A DNA stretch of 64,000 bases from an uncultured Spirochaetota bacterium (GTDB lineage: Bacteria; Spirochaetota; UBA4802; UBA5550): contig CAWHAA010000010.1 of NCBI GenBank assembly GCA_963827275.1, forward strand, positions 32,001-96,000, written 5' to 3'. Within the stretch, counting starts at the first letter, position 1; the number at the start of each line of letters is the position of its first letter. The position numbers were made by a program, and so were the translations under genes. Positions 40,012 through 53,239 of this stretch are shown piece after piece. The notes below the pieces were generated by a model, which ran no database searches, had not been told where the DNA came from, and worked only from the letters and a program-made list of their open reading frames with translations.

Positions 40012-42046
40012 AGCCTCCGCCATTGTCGTTGCCTCGCTCCTGGCCCTGCTCTCCGCCGGCATCCTGCTCTTAGTAACGCTCTACCCCGCAGAGAACATAC
40101 GCAGCATGGTAACGGCGCAGGCGGAAAGCGCCCTCGGAAGAACGGTCTCGATCGGTGCTATCGGGTACGGCTTCGGCGGGGTCTCCCTCGACAGGGTCGT
40201 CCTCCACGAATCAGACGGATCATCGCCCGTCCTGGTCAGCGTGGAGAGGGCCGACGCGAGGCTCTCACTTTTTTCACTGCTCCGGCTTGAGCTGAATTTC
40301 AGCTCGATAGCATTGAAAAACCCGCGTTGCAACATAGTATTCAATGACAAAGAAGTATCGAACATTGAAACGCTTGTCAAAAGCCTCCCGAAATCCGGCG
40401 GCCCGGGCGTTTCCGCAACAATATCGAAGATCATCCTCGAGGACGCGGTCATAACCCTGACCAGCCCGCCGTCCTACCTCGCGCCCCTGGCGGGTACGTA
40501 CCATATTGATGCAACCGTCCTCATGAAGAAAGACATCCAGGTCAGGGAGTGCTCGGTCCGCCTGCCGGAAACGCGCGGCACCGTCCACCCGGAGCTTGCG
40601 ATACGCACCATGAAGGGGGATTTCGAGATCAGGGGCACTGCCAGGCTCGAAAACGCCGCCCTGCCATGGGTGTACCGGTGGGGCGACAACCTCACGCTCC
40701 CCTATAATGTCGTCAACGGCACGATCACCAACCTCGTCATCACGAAAAGCGCTGTCAGGGGAGATGTCAGCGCCACGTCAACCCTCCTCAACTCGCCGAA
40801 AATCATCCGCGCAGACGGGTTCTGCGAAGTCTCGATCAAGGACAGGACCGTTTTTATCGGAAAGACACGGGGCGGGATCGAAAAATCGTCCTTCTATATC
40901 GACGGTCTCCTCTTTACGTTTGACGGCGCGCTGATACGCTTTGACATAAGAAACATAGCGTCGCAGATCACCGATGTCACGCCGATCCTTGCATTCATGC
41001 CCGCATTGCTCTTCGGCAGGGTCGAGGGGGACCTCGCCTATGCGCGCGGGCTCTATAACGGCGCCCTTTCGCTCATTGATTGCGGATACGACCCCTCATC
41101 GAAGATCGTGACCGGCCTCCAGGCGAAAATAAGCGTGAAGAACAACATGTTCAAGGCGACCGGAATACCCTTTAACTTCTATGGAAACCGTTGCGCCCTT
41201 TCAATCGCATCAGTGGACTCTTCGCTTTCAAAATTATTTATCAACATAGGCGCGGAAAAAATCGTGATCCGGCCGGATACGGTCGCCTTTTCCGACGCCG
41301 GCGGTACAATCAAACTCCCTATTGAGATCACCGGCATTATCAACGCGGGCCAGCTCCTGTATGAATCCCACCGCCTGTCGGACATCCAGCTCCAGTACCG
41401 GCTCTCCGGCAGCAGCTTCGCCATCACCGGGTTCCAGTTCTTTTTCGCCGACGGCAAGGTGTCCGGCAGCGGCGCCATCACCACCGGCAAGGGCGCGCCG
41501 CAGGGCTCGCTTTCACTGAACATCTCAAACCTCCTCATGCAAAACGCCATCGCGTTCAATGAGAGGATACGGAACCGTTTTTTCGGCATGGTGAGCGGGA
41601 AAGCGGCCATAGACTTCGAGCTGAGCAGGAAGATACTGGATACCGCGCGCGGCAGCGTCGAGTTCACCGTGGACCGGGGCAAACTGGTGGATACGGGCAT
41701 ACAGGACGGCCTCGGGCTCCTCCTGTCGGAGCTGAAATACAAGCTCCGCGACCTCGAGTTCAACAAGATATACGGTAACATCGACATTCGGGGCACGAAC
41801 TACCTGATCAACTCATTTATATTCAATTCGAACAACGTCCGCCTGAAGATAACAGGGAACTTCAACAAGCAACTCCTGGCAAGCCCGCTGAATATCACCC
41901 TCGAATTCACGCGGGCATTCATACAGGACCTCCCGGGGGTCATAACGATCGGGTTGAACAAGTACCTGAAGGGGGACTGGTACATCATGCCATTTATACA
42001 GACCGGCGACATGATGAAAGGGAGCAACCTGCGCCGCGCCGACTGA
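39989..42046 (+). CDS. AsmA-family lipid-transport-like protein
   Basis: N-terminal TM anchor followed by AESALGRTVSIG; beta-rich body; AsmA-like C-terminus; GTG start at 39989. Confidence 0.75.
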   Translation: MKPAKIFKASAIVVASLLALLSAGILLLVTLYPAENIRSMVTAQAESALGRTVSIGAIGYGFGGVSLDRVVLHESDGSSPVLVSVERADARLSLFSLLRLELNFSSIALKNPRCNIVFNDKEVSNIETLVKSLPKSGGPGVSATISKIILEDAVITLTSPPSYLAPLAGTYHIDATVLMKKDIQVRECSVRLPETRGTVHPELAIRTMKGDFEIRGTARLENAALPWVYRWGDNLTLPYNVVNGTITNLVITKSAVRGDVSATSTLLNSPKIIRADGFCEVSIKDRTVFIGKTRGGIEKSSFYIDGLLFTFDGALIRFDIRNIASQITDVTPILAFMPALLFGRVEGDLAYARGLYNGALSLIDCGYDPSSKIVTGLQAKISVKNNMFKATGIPFNFYGNRCALSIASVDSSLSKLFINIGAEKIVIRPDTVAFSDAGGTIKLPIEITGIINAGQLLYESHRLSDIQLQYRLSGSSFAITGFQFFFADGKVSGSGAITTGKGAPQGSLSLNISNLLMQNAIAFNERIRNRFFGMVSGKAAIDFELSRKILDTARGSVEFTVDRGKLVDTGIQDGLGLLLSELKYKLRDLEFNKIYGNIDIRGTNYLINSFIFNSNNVRLKITGNFNKQLLASPLNITLEFTRAFIQDLPGVITIGLNKYLKGDWYIMPFIQTGDMMKGSNLRRAD

Positions 42047-42063
42047 CAGCCGCTGCGGAAGAA

Positions 42064-42588
42064 TCAATAGTTTTTTTCAGCGTACCCGAGCCAGCCGCCC
42101 GCCATGACCAGGCGCCGGTCGAAGTCGGATATCTCGAAGCCGATCCTCTCCTCTTCGCCGTTTACCCCGACAATGAACTGGCTCTTTTCGAAGTCCGTCT
42201 CGACATGGACCTCTTTGTTTTTGCCCATTGCAAAAATACGGTCAATCGTATCGGGATGCAGCTCTACGGCCATCATGCCGCCGTTGTACATGTTCTGCCT
42301 GAAGATCCTGGCGAAGCTCTCGGCGATCACCAGGTTGATACCGTTGACCTCGAGCGCCCAGGGGGCGTGCTCGCGGGACGAGCCGCACCCGAAATTCGCC
42401 CGCGTGATGATGATGTTCCTGCCGGGGATGTCGCGCAGGCGGTCGAAGCCTTCCAGCTTCAGCCCTTCGAGGAGGTACGGTCTCAGCGCGGACTTGGTGA
42501 TTTCCGTGAGGTAGTGCGCCGGTATGATCTCGTCCGTATTGATGTCGGCCCGGTCGAGAAGGAGGGCCCTGCCGTTGAAGTTCTTCAT
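42064..42588 (-). CDS. leuD: 3-isopropylmalate dehydratase small subunit (LeuD/HacB type)
   Basis: DINTDEIIP, NFGCGSSREHA, SFARIFRQN, AGG. Confidence 0.92.
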   Translation of the reverse strand: MKNFNGRALLLDRADINTDEIIPAHYLTEITKSALRPYLLEGLKLEGFDRLRDIPGRNIIITRANFGCGSSREHAPWALEVNGINLVIAESFARIFRQNMYNGGMMAVELHPDTIDRIFAMGKNKEVHVETDFEKSQFIVGVNGEEERIGFEISDFDRRLVMAGGWLGYAEKNY

Positions 42589-42593
42589 GTCCG

Positions 42594-43883
42594 TTAACGT
42601 CCGCGGTATAATTCAGAATTCGCGATCGACCCCGCGATCGCGGTTGCCGCCGCAGTGGCGGGGCTCATGAGATGCACCATGCCGCCCTCGCCCATCCGGC
42701 CCTGGAAGTTGCGGTTGGTGGTGGCGGCGCAGGTCTCACCCGGCGCGAGCACCCCGTTGCTCATTCCCAGGCACGCGCCGCAGGTGGGGTTCGTGACGCA
42801 GAACCCCGCGTCCATGAATATCTTGATGATCCCCTCGTCGAGCGCTTTCCGGTACACGTCCGGGGTTGCGGGCGCGAGTATCGCCCGCACCCTGCCGTTG
42901 ATCCTTTTCCCCTGTAACACCTGTGCGGCGACGCGCAGGTCCTCGATCCGGCCGTTGGTGCACGACCCGATGTATATCTGGTCCACCGGGGTCCCGGTCA
43001 TCTCGCGCACGGTCTTTACCTGATCAGGCTTGTACCCGTGGGTGACCACCGGCTCGAGCCCGGAGACGTCAAGGTCCACGGCCTGCTCGTAGCGCGCGTC
43101 CGGGTCCGATATCCACCGCGAGTAGTCCTGCAGCGCCGCGTCTTTGTCGGGGTAGTCGTGTTGTATGAATTCCCAGAGGTAGTCGACCGTGGTCCGGTCC
43201 GGGTGGCAGATCCCGCTCGTACCGCCCGCCTCGACCGCCATGTTGCAGAGGGTCATGCGCGATTCCATGCTCATCGCCGCGACGACCGGACCGGTAAATT
43301 CCATGATCATGTTGGTCGCGCCGCTCACCCCTATCTTTGCTATGATTGAAAGGATGACATCTTTCGCGAATACGCCGTCAGGCATCTGCCCGGTTATCGT
43401 CACCTTCATGGTTTTCGGCTCGCGGAACGCGCACACGCCCTTGAGGATAGCCACCTCGAGGTCGGTCGAGCCGACCCCGGCGGCGAAGGCGCCGAACGCG
43501 CCGTGCGTGCAGGTGTGCGAATCGCCCATGATGATGGTGTAGCCCGGACGCACGAACCCCTTCTCGGGAAATATCGCATGGCAGACGCCGTTCTGCCCGA
43601 TGTCGAAAAAGTCCTTTATGGCGTGGCGCCGGGCCCATTCGCGTAGTATCTTGCCCTGCTGCGCGGTCTTCGAATCCTTTGCGGGCGAGACATGGTCGAT
43701 GACGACCTTAATCCTGTCGGGGGCAAAGACCCGGTCCTTGCCCTTTTCCACGAGGTCAAGGATCGCTATCGGGGTCGTTATTTCGTGGCAAAAAACCGCG
43801 TCAAGCCGTAACACGTGCGTGTGCGGCGTCGGGCTGTCTATCCGGTGCGCATTGAATATTTTTTCCGCTATCGTATGTCCCAT
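42594..43883 (-). CDS. leuC: 3-isopropylmalate dehydratase large subunit (LeuC/HacA type)
   Basis: IDH, GVCH, GDSHTCTHGA, TLCNM, IGSCTNGR, CGACLG, TNRNFQGRMG. Confidence 0.92.
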   Translation of the reverse strand: MGHTIAEKIFNAHRIDSPTPHTHVLRLDAVFCHEITTPIAILDLVEKGKDRVFAPDRIKVVIDHVSPAKDSKTAQQGKILREWARRHAIKDFFDIGQNGVCHAIFPEKGFVRPGYTIIMGDSHTCTHGAFGAFAAGVGSTDLEVAILKGVCAFREPKTMKVTITGQMPDGVFAKDVILSIIAKIGVSGATNMIMEFTGPVVAAMSMESRMTLCNMAVEAGGTSGICHPDRTTVDYLWEFIQHDYPDKDAALQDYSRWISDPDARYEQAVDLDVSGLEPVVTHGYKPDQVKTVREMTGTPVDQIYIGSCTNGRIEDLRVAAQVLQGKRINGRVRAILAPATPDVYRKALDEGIIKIFMDAGFCVTNPTCGACLGMSNGVLAPGETCAATTNRNFQGRMGEGGMVHLMSPATAAATAIAGSIANSELYRGR

Positions 43884-43886
43884 TCA

Positions 43887-46384
<2,498 letters not shown>

Positions 46385-46385
<1 letters not shown>

Positions 46386-47443
46386 CACTTTACCTCTAAG
46401 GCATGCATTATTTTCCTGATATATTCCGCCCTGTATTCGTCGCATTCGCCGGTGCTCTTGAACAGCTGGTCAAAATTCCGCTGGAGATGCGCCCACTGGA
46501 TGTTGACCATGAGGTCGTTGACCGTCTTGAGCTCGATGTTCCTGACGACCGCGAGGATGATGCCGAGCCGGACGTTCGAGAGGTGGTCCATCGACTCGAT
46601 ATAGCTCAAACGCCGCGCGTACCGGAGCGCGCCGTACGAGCGCCATACCCGGTCCTCGAGCTCGAGGCGCGACCCCGACATGTATTCGTCGCGTCCCGTG
46701 TCCTCGATCTCCATCACGCGGGACAGTATTTCGTCCAGCGTTTCCAATATGTCAACTTCGGACGGGCCGAGCGACGTGCGGTTCGAGAGGAGATAGAGGC
46801 TCCCCAGGGTCTTGCTTGACTGCCCGATCGTGCCCTTGAGCTCCACCCTGTTCCTTTTCTCGGCCGGCACCAGGGCATTCACCCCGTTTTTCATCGCGGT
46901 GACCGGCAGGTGCAGGAGGAGCGACGCCCTGAGCCCGGTCCCCAGGTTGGAGGTGCACGCCGTCAGGTAGCCGAATTCTTCCGAAAAAGCGTAATGGACA
47001 AACCGGTTGAGCTCGGTATCGACCCGGTCGGCCGTCCGGTACGCATCGAGGAGCTGGAGGCCGGGACGTATCACCTGGATGCGGAAATGGTCCTCCTCGT
47101 TCACAAGGATCGAAAAATCATCGCTCGCGTCAGCGGCAACCATGCTGTTCTCGGAAACTTCCATCTCGTAGGTAATGATGTTGCGCTCACGGAGGAAGCG
47201 CCGCTCGTTGGCGTCAATCCCCCTGAGGTCCAGCAAGCCGATCCTGCCGCGGTACTCCGAATCGCGCGCGAAACGCTCCATGACGTCAACGACCGGGGAC
47301 AGCTCGTCGCCCGGAAGCCTGCCCGGGAAGGGCACCGACGCCATGTTGCGCGCAAGCCGCACCCTGCTCGACAGGACGATATGGCTGAACGGCCCGATCG
47401 AGGTCCAGAACCCCGATTGCTGTAAAACTTCCTCAAACAACAC
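46385..47443 (-). CDS. mcsB: Protein-arginine kinase McsB-like (several active-site substitutions)
   Basis: SSRVRLARN, NEEDH, GYLTAC..NLGTGLRAS, LEDRVWRSYG; lies between mcsA and clpC. Confidence 0.88.
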
Positions 47444-47455
47444 GGCACCCTCTCA

Positions 47456-47971
47456 CTATGACTCCATTTCCCTGATCCTGTCACGCAGCACGGCGGCCTC
47501 CTCGTAACGCTCGTCAGTCACTGCCCGCTCCAGCAGGTCTTTTAATTCTTCGATTGATTTTATCGGGCTCACGCGGACCGTTTTCACGTATGTCTCCGCC
47601 ACGGCCACATCGGAATTGGCGGGGTGCTTCCCGCCGTGCGCGGTCGCACCGTGATAGGCAGCGATGACCGGACGCAGCGAATCTTCCATGTGGCGGTAAC
47701 AGTCGGGGCACCCGAGCTTGTATTCCCGGCTGTAATCCACGAACGAAAGGCCGCAGGTTTTGCATACGCCCCCGCCTGCATGGTCATCGACTTCATTGAC
47801 GTCAAGGAACGACAGCATCTCGGGGATGGAGAGAGAAAAATTCGACAGTTTCGAATTCAGGCCGATCTCCCTCGCGCAGTTTTCACACAGGTGTACCTCC
47901 GACTTCACATCCTTGATGATTTCAGTCAGGTGAATTGTCGCTTCGCAGTTTTTGCAACGTTCACAGAACAT
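47456..47971 (-). CDS. mcsA: McsB activator McsA
   Basis: Four CxxC motifs, LGCPDCY, HGGKHP, C-terminal UVR (ERYEEAAVLRD). Confidence 0.93.
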   Translation of the reverse strand: MFCERCKNCEATIHLTEIIKDVKSEVHLCENCAREIGLNSKLSNFSLSIPEMLSFLDVNEVDDHAGGGVCKTCGLSFVDYSREYKLGCPDCYRHMEDSLRPVIAAYHGATAHGGKHPANSDVAVAETYVKTVRVSPIKSIEELKDLLERAVTDERYEEAAVLRDRIREMES

Positions 47972-48145
47972 TGGCGCATCGTCCTTGCCGGCACAGTATA
48001 GTGATAATATACATTAATATTATCTGCCTCCGGCACTTAAATCTTAATTTTTATATTTCAGGTATAAAAAAGTATTACCGGCCCTTTCCGGTCATCCATT
48101 TTTTTATTCCCCGCGCCAGATACATTCCATCGATAAATCTTCATT

Positions 48146-48173
48146 ATTATATATTCAATATTGTATATGTCAA
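48146..48173 (-). promoter_or_regulatory. Consensus sigma70 promoter TTGACA-N16-TATAAT upstream of mcsA
   Basis: -35 at 48173-48168 and -10 at 48151-48146; spacer carries the near-palindrome ATATTCAATATTGTATAT. Confidence 0.65.
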
Positions 48174-48251
48174 TTAATAAATTTATTCCCCGGCGCCATA
48201 TGATCACGGTAATCTTGTTGACGACATGCCTGTTTCATCTGAAAATCAACC

Positions 48252-49469
48252 ATGTTCTTCAGAAAAAAGAAAACCCAGCAGCTCAGATACTTTGTCTCCA
48301 TCGGCGCCGGACTGAACCAGATCCCGCTCATCAACGAGGCAAAAAAACTCGGGTTCCACGTGATTGGCGTCGATGCGAGCGCTTCAGCCCCGGGCTTCTA
48401 TCATTGCGACCTCAAAATCCAGGAATCCGTAGAGAATTACGACGCGATATACATGAAGCTGCTGGAGCTCCTTGTCGACGGTGATATTCACGGGGTGATG
48501 ACCAAATCATACGGTCCGGCGATCATCACCACGAGCTACCTGACTGAAAAATTCAAGGTGCCGTTTCTACCCTTCGCGGCAAGCGGGGGATTCATCGATA
48601 AAAGCGCGATGAAATCGGTGTTCCTGCAGCATTCCATACCGACCCCGAAGCCCGTGCCCCTGCCGCCCCGCATGAAACTGGAGAAGATACCGGCATCTTC
48701 CTACCCGATCATCATCAAGCCGAGGGTCGGACATGCCAAGATTAACGTTCGAATGGCGGACACCGCGGAGGAATTGAAAAAGTATTGCAATCCGCCCGAT
48801 AGTTTCAATGAAACGTTCATGCTCGAACAATTCATCGCCGGTGACGAGATCATCGTGGCCGGCATCGTACACAATAAAAAATATTACCTGGTAGAGATAA
48901 CGGACAAAAAAACCTCGTATCCTCCCTATTTCATCGACATCATGCATGTCTCCCCCTCGCGCTACCTTGACCTTTCCCCGGCGATCGAGGCGATCGGACA
49001 GACCGTGGCCGATGCCTTTGGCATCGAGCGGTCGCCGCTGATCATGGAACTGGTCGTGGACAAAGAGGGCCGGCCATTCCTCATCGAGGCGGTGCCGGAA
49101 TTCGGGGGAGAATTCATCCCTGACGTGCTCGTACCCGCGAGCGCCGGATATAACCTGCTGCGCGAATCGATAAAGTCCGCGACGGGCATGGTGTTCAAGC
49201 CGCCCCAGGCGCCGAAAAGTAAAAATGCCGTGGTCGTCCGGTACATCATCGGCCAGAAAGGCACGCTCGCCTCATGCAACCCCGATGGCCCGCGAAACGT
49301 GCGCGGCACCATATTCTCCCGTATCTTCAAGGAGATCGGATCGCCAATAAGCGACCCGGTGACCAACCACGACAGGATCGGCGTCGTTGTCGTGACCGCC
49401 GGCACGGCCGCCGAAGCGCTCGCGCTTTCGTCGGAAGCGGCGTCAAATTTCAACATACGGATCAAGTGA
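48252..49469 (+). CDS. ATP-grasp ligase (carboxylate-amine ligase-like)
   Basis: IGAGLNQIP..AKKLG..VIGVD N-domain, DKSAMK, PIIIKP, EQFIAGDE, FLIEAVPEFGG, DRIGVV. Confidence 0.82.
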   Translation: MFFRKKKTQQLRYFVSIGAGLNQIPLINEAKKLGFHVIGVDASASAPGFYHCDLKIQESVENYDAIYMKLLELLVDGDIHGVMTKSYGPAIITTSYLTEKFKVPFLPFAASGGFIDKSAMKSVFLQHSIPTPKPVPLPPRMKLEKIPASSYPIIIKPRVGHAKINVRMADTAEELKKYCNPPDSFNETFMLEQFIAGDEIIVAGIVHNKKYYLVEITDKKTSYPPYFIDIMHVSPSRYLDLSPAIEAIGQTVADAFGIERSPLIMELVVDKEGRPFLIEAVPEFGGEFIPDVLVPASAGYNLLRESIKSATGMVFKPPQAPKSKNAVVVRYIIGQKGTLASCNPDGPRNVRGTIFSRIFKEIGSPISDPVTNHDRIGVVVVTAGTAAEALALSSEAASNFNIRIK

Positions 49470-49472
49470 CAG

Positions 49473-50117
49473 ATGAAAGCCCGTCAATGGGAAGACCATT
49501 ACACCGGCGCACGTTCGAGGCTTGACTATCCGGACGAGAACCTGGTCCGGCTGCTCAGCAGGGGCCTCGCCCGCACCGGGGCCGCGCCCGGCGCCACGGC
49601 CGTAGACCTGGGCTGCGGCAGCGGCAGGCACCTGCGCCTGCTGCGCGAGCTAGGCGTACAACGCGTCATCGGTACGGACGCAAGCTTCAATGCGCTCTCG
49701 GTCTCAAAGCGCTGGGACACTGGCCTCCTGCTCCAGGCCGACAACATTCACCTCCCCCTGAAAGACGCGTCCGCGGACATCATCATCGCGTGGGGGTCCC
49801 TTCATTACAATGCCAAGGACGACCTGGCGCCCATGCTGGAAGAGGTCCGGCGCGTGATGAAGACCGGCGGCGTGCTTTACGCCACACTCAGGTGCTCGAG
49901 GGACACCTACCTGAAAAAAGGGAAGCATCTCGGCAATGACGTCTGGGCCACCGACCTCGAAGACATCCGGGGCTCTATCGCCTCGTTTTATGATGAACAG
50001 GAGCTCCGCGAGGCGTTTTCGTCGTTCGGCGGGTTCCGCTACGGCCTCATGGAGCGTACCATCGTCGGGGACATGGCGTCCCTGATTTCCCACTGGGTCA
50101 TAGAGGCCCGCAAATGA
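49473..50117 (+). CDS. Class I SAM-dependent methyltransferase
   Basis: YPDENLVR, VDLGCGSGRH, GTDAS. Confidence 0.85.
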   Translation: MKARQWEDHYTGARSRLDYPDENLVRLLSRGLARTGAAPGATAVDLGCGSGRHLRLLRELGVQRVIGTDASFNALSVSKRWDTGLLLQADNIHLPLKDASADIIIAWGSLHYNAKDDLAPMLEEVRRVMKTGGVLYATLRCSRDTYLKKGKHLGNDVWATDLEDIRGSIASFYDEQELREAFSSFGGFRYGLMERTIVGDMASLISHWVIEARK

Positions 50118-50141
50118 AGCATACCCGGCACCGGTACCGCC

Positions 50142-51050
50142 ATGAATGACATGACCGCCACGGGCGCCCTCTTCGACAGCCCGCTTGCGGCCTGCCCGCT
50201 CTGCGGCTCCGGCACGATAGGCCACCTGCACCGGATCGAGCGGTTCGATCCCGCATTCACCGTCGACCGGTGCTCCTCGTGCGGGTTCATATTCATGAAC
50301 CCGCGCTTCACCGGCGCCGCCATGGCCGCGATGTACGGCAAGGACTACTATTCGGGGGACGCGGATTATTCATATTACGACGAGCGCGAGGGCGAACACT
50401 ATTCACGCTTCGTGTGGGACAAACGCTGCGAGGTCATCCACCGGTACGTCCCCGGCGGAAACCTTCTCGATGTCGGGTCCTCCTTCGGCGGGTTCCTGAG
50501 ATCAGCGTCAAAATATTACACCCCGTACGGCATAGAGGTTTCATCGTACGCCGGAGGCTTTTCCATCTCCTCCCTGGGCACCACGGTCCACATCGGCACC
50601 CTGCAGGACCACCCCTTCGACGCAAATTTCTTCTCGGTCATCACCATGATCGAGCTCCTGGAGCACCTTCCCGACCCGCTGTCCGCCCTCCGGGAATGCC
50701 GCCGTCTCCTCTGCGACGGCGGACTCCTGCTCATCCAGACCGCCAACATGGCCGGGCTGCAGGCCAGGCTGCAGGGAAAACGCTACGGGTACTACCTCCC
50801 GGGCCATTGCTCCTATTTCACGAAGAAAAATCTCGTTGACGCGCTTTCCGCATGCGGCTTCAGCTCTATCAAGGTCTTCCACCCCGTGGAGTTCGGCCTG
50901 CTGCCGAAGCTGAAAAAATCACGGCGGGCCTTCTCCTCGCCGTGGGACTACCGCACATGGCTCAGGATCGCGGCATACCATTATCTCGGCAAGCTGCATT
51001 TGGGCAATGCCGCGGCCACCAGCTCGATGGTCATATACGCGTTCAAGTGA
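50142..51050 (+). CDS. Class I SAM-dependent methyltransferase with N-terminal zinc ribbon
   Basis: CPLCGS...CSSCG, LLDVGSSFG, ELLEHLPDP, PGHCSYF. Confidence 0.85.
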   Translation: MNDMTATGALFDSPLAACPLCGSGTIGHLHRIERFDPAFTVDRCSSCGFIFMNPRFTGAAMAAMYGKDYYSGDADYSYYDEREGEHYSRFVWDKRCEVIHRYVPGGNLLDVGSSFGGFLRSASKYYTPYGIEVSSYAGGFSISSLGTTVHIGTLQDHPFDANFFSVITMIELLEHLPDPLSALRECRRLLCDGGLLLIQTANMAGLQARLQGKRYGYYLPGHCSYFTKKNLVDALSACGFSSIKVFHPVEFGLLPKLKKSRRAFSSPWDYRTWLRIAAYHYLGKLHLGNAAATSSMVIYAFK

Positions 51051-51161
51051 CCGGGACGATCCCGCCCTCCGCAAAATGCTTGACCCTTCGTCGCATCTGT
51101 CGTCAATGTCCTTTCCATAGGCCGCAGCGCGGCACACCTTGCAGCATACGGGTCAAACGAC

Positions 51162-53201
51162 ATGGTTCGCACCATCGGTGAAAAATTATCAGGGCGCTAC
51201 GCTTCCATCGCCCCCCTTCTCCTGGCCAACGGGAGTATCGCGCTCATCTTATATTCGTTATACCGGTTCAGGGTATTTCGTTACATGCGTGCGATCTATC
51301 CCGATCTCGCCTCCCTGTCCCTGCCGGGCTACCTGAAACAGTCCCTTCATTTCGACGGGCTCGCGTTCTTCTGGACCATGACCGCGGTTCTCCTTCTCCT
51401 CCTGGCCGTCGCCGGGTCCAGGCGGCTTAAATACCTGCTGTCCGGCGCGCTATCGGTCATCTTCATTTTTTTCATCCTCTTCAGCATGGAGTTCTTCCGG
51501 GTATACCAGACCACGTTCCAGAAGAACTTCGCCGGGAAAGAGCATTTTTCAGGACTGGGGAACGTTCTTGATTCCGCGCTGGCGGAATTTTCCCTGGAAT
51601 TCTATCTCCTGTTCCTTGTCCTCTCGACATTATCGCTGGGGACGATGTTCCTGTTATACCGGCGCGGTGAAGGCAATAACAGTCGTACCGGGACATCGAC
51701 GGAGCCGGCATCTGCCGGCAGCATGGCCCCCAGGGCCATCGTCCCCGCCGCGGCGATTGTTTCGCTGATCGCGGGCCTTCTGACCGGACCGCCGATCCCC
51801 GTGAAGGCCGGCACCGCGCGGGTCGGCGATGAAACGGCCCGCGCCGCCTCGCTCATGCATGAGCTTACCATGAACCCGGTCTACAACCTGTTCTCTTTCA
51901 ATCCTTCCGGCCCGGACGAGGAGCCAGTAAAACACGACGCCGGGCGCCTGTTTTCCTTCGGGCTCAATACCGATTCCATGGAATCATCACGCTCCCACCC
52001 GCGCCGCGACTCCATACCCCGACCGAAGCCATACAATATCATACTCTATTTTTTCGAATCGACACCCTACAAATATTATGATCACACCATCAACGGCCGC
52101 CAGGTCATACCGGCATGGCACCGCCTTGAGAACAACAGCCTCAATTTCCGGCGGCACTACGCCAATTACCCCCTGTCGGCAAACGCGCTGCTGTCGGTCC
52201 TGACCTCGGCCTATGACCACAATTCCAAGGAGATGGTCATACAGAAATACCCTGACATCGGCCTCCGCACGCTCCCGGAGATTTTAAAGACGCGCGGGTA
52301 CCGCACCTGCCTTATCCATACCGGCGGGCTCGGGTATGCGGGGCAGAAGCGCTTTCTTCAAAAAAGGAAATTCGACCGTATCATTGAATATAACGAGCTG
52401 ATCGGCATACCGCCCTACAACCGGCAGGTGGGATGGGGCGTGGATGAACGCGCGATGATAGAACCTGCCGCGTCATTCATCGGGAAGGACCCCGGGGCCC
52501 CGTTTTTCCTCGTCCTCCTCCCGGTGAATCCGCACCACCCCTACGCCGTCCCGGATGATTCGTTCCGCATCGCGGGGAACACCGGCGGCGGCGACAATTA
52601 CCGCGATCGCAACTGGCGAAATTACCTGGATTCATTGCATTATTCCGACGCGGCGCTGGGGATGCTGGTTGACGAGCTCGAGCGCCGCGGCCTCATGGAA
52701 GATACGCTCCTCTTTCTCTTCGCCGATCACGGCGAAGCGTTCTACCAGCACCGCATGAATTACAACCACCCGCTTTTTATATACGAGGAGAACGTGCACG
52801 TGCCGTTCCTCATATACAACCGCAGGCTCTTTCCATCCCCGGAGTATTACGACGGCATTTCCCGGCATATCGACATCCTTCCCACGGTCATCGACATCCT
52901 GGGCATACCGCCCTCCCCTGAGCAGGAAGGGATATCCCTCCTCTCGCGGCACAGGGAGCAGATGGCGCTCATCCATACCTCGTGGAAAGACGATTACATG
53001 GGGATTGTGGACCGGCAGTGGAAGTATATCCGCCGCACCTCGGACGGCGTGGAAGAACTATACGACCTGCACGAAGACCCGGAGGAAAAGAGAAACATCG
53101 CTGCGCTCCGGGGCGATATCACCGGCATGTACAGGGCCTTCGTGACAACGGCACGCGATTACCGGCGGGAATACTATCGCCGCATGATTGACAGGAAATA
53201 G
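51162..53201 (+). CDS. Membrane-anchored LtaS/MdoB-family sulfatase-fold transferase
   Basis: N-terminal TM helices, then NIILYFFES, YPLSAN (Ser at the presumed nucleophile position), PHHPY, FADHGEAF, HIDILPT, ELYDLHEDP. Confidence 0.82.
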   Translation: MVRTIGEKLSGRYASIAPLLLANGSIALILYSLYRFRVFRYMRAIYPDLASLSLPGYLKQSLHFDGLAFFWTMTAVLLLLLAVAGSRRLKYLLSGALSVIFIFFILFSMEFFRVYQTTFQKNFAGKEHFSGLGNVLDSALAEFSLEFYLLFLVLSTLSLGTMFLLYRRGEGNNSRTGTSTEPASAGSMAPRAIVPAAAIVSLIAGLLTGPPIPVKAGTARVGDETARAASLMHELTMNPVYNLFSFNPSGPDEEPVKHDAGRLFSFGLNTDSMESSRSHPRRDSIPRPKPYNIILYFFESTPYKYYDHTINGRQVIPAWHRLENNSLNFRRHYANYPLSANALLSVLTSAYDHNSKEMVIQKYPDIGLRTLPEILKTRGYRTCLIHTGGLGYAGQKRFLQKRKFDRIIEYNELIGIPPYNRQVGWGVDERAMIEPAASFIGKDPGAPFFLVLLPVNPHHPYAVPDDSFRIAGNTGGGDNYRDRNWRNYLDSLHYSDAALGMLVDELERRGLMEDTLLFLFADHGEAFYQHRMNYNHPLFIYEENVHVPFLIYNRRLFPSPEYYDGISRHIDILPTVIDILGIPPSPEQEGISLLSRHREQMALIHTSWKDDYMGIVDRQWKYIRRTSDGVEELYDLHEDPEEKRNIAALRGDITGMYRAFVTTARDYRREYYRRMIDRK

Positions 53202-53239
53202 GCCCCTGGGCAGGGGCGGCGGTTGGGCCCGTTCCGCGC

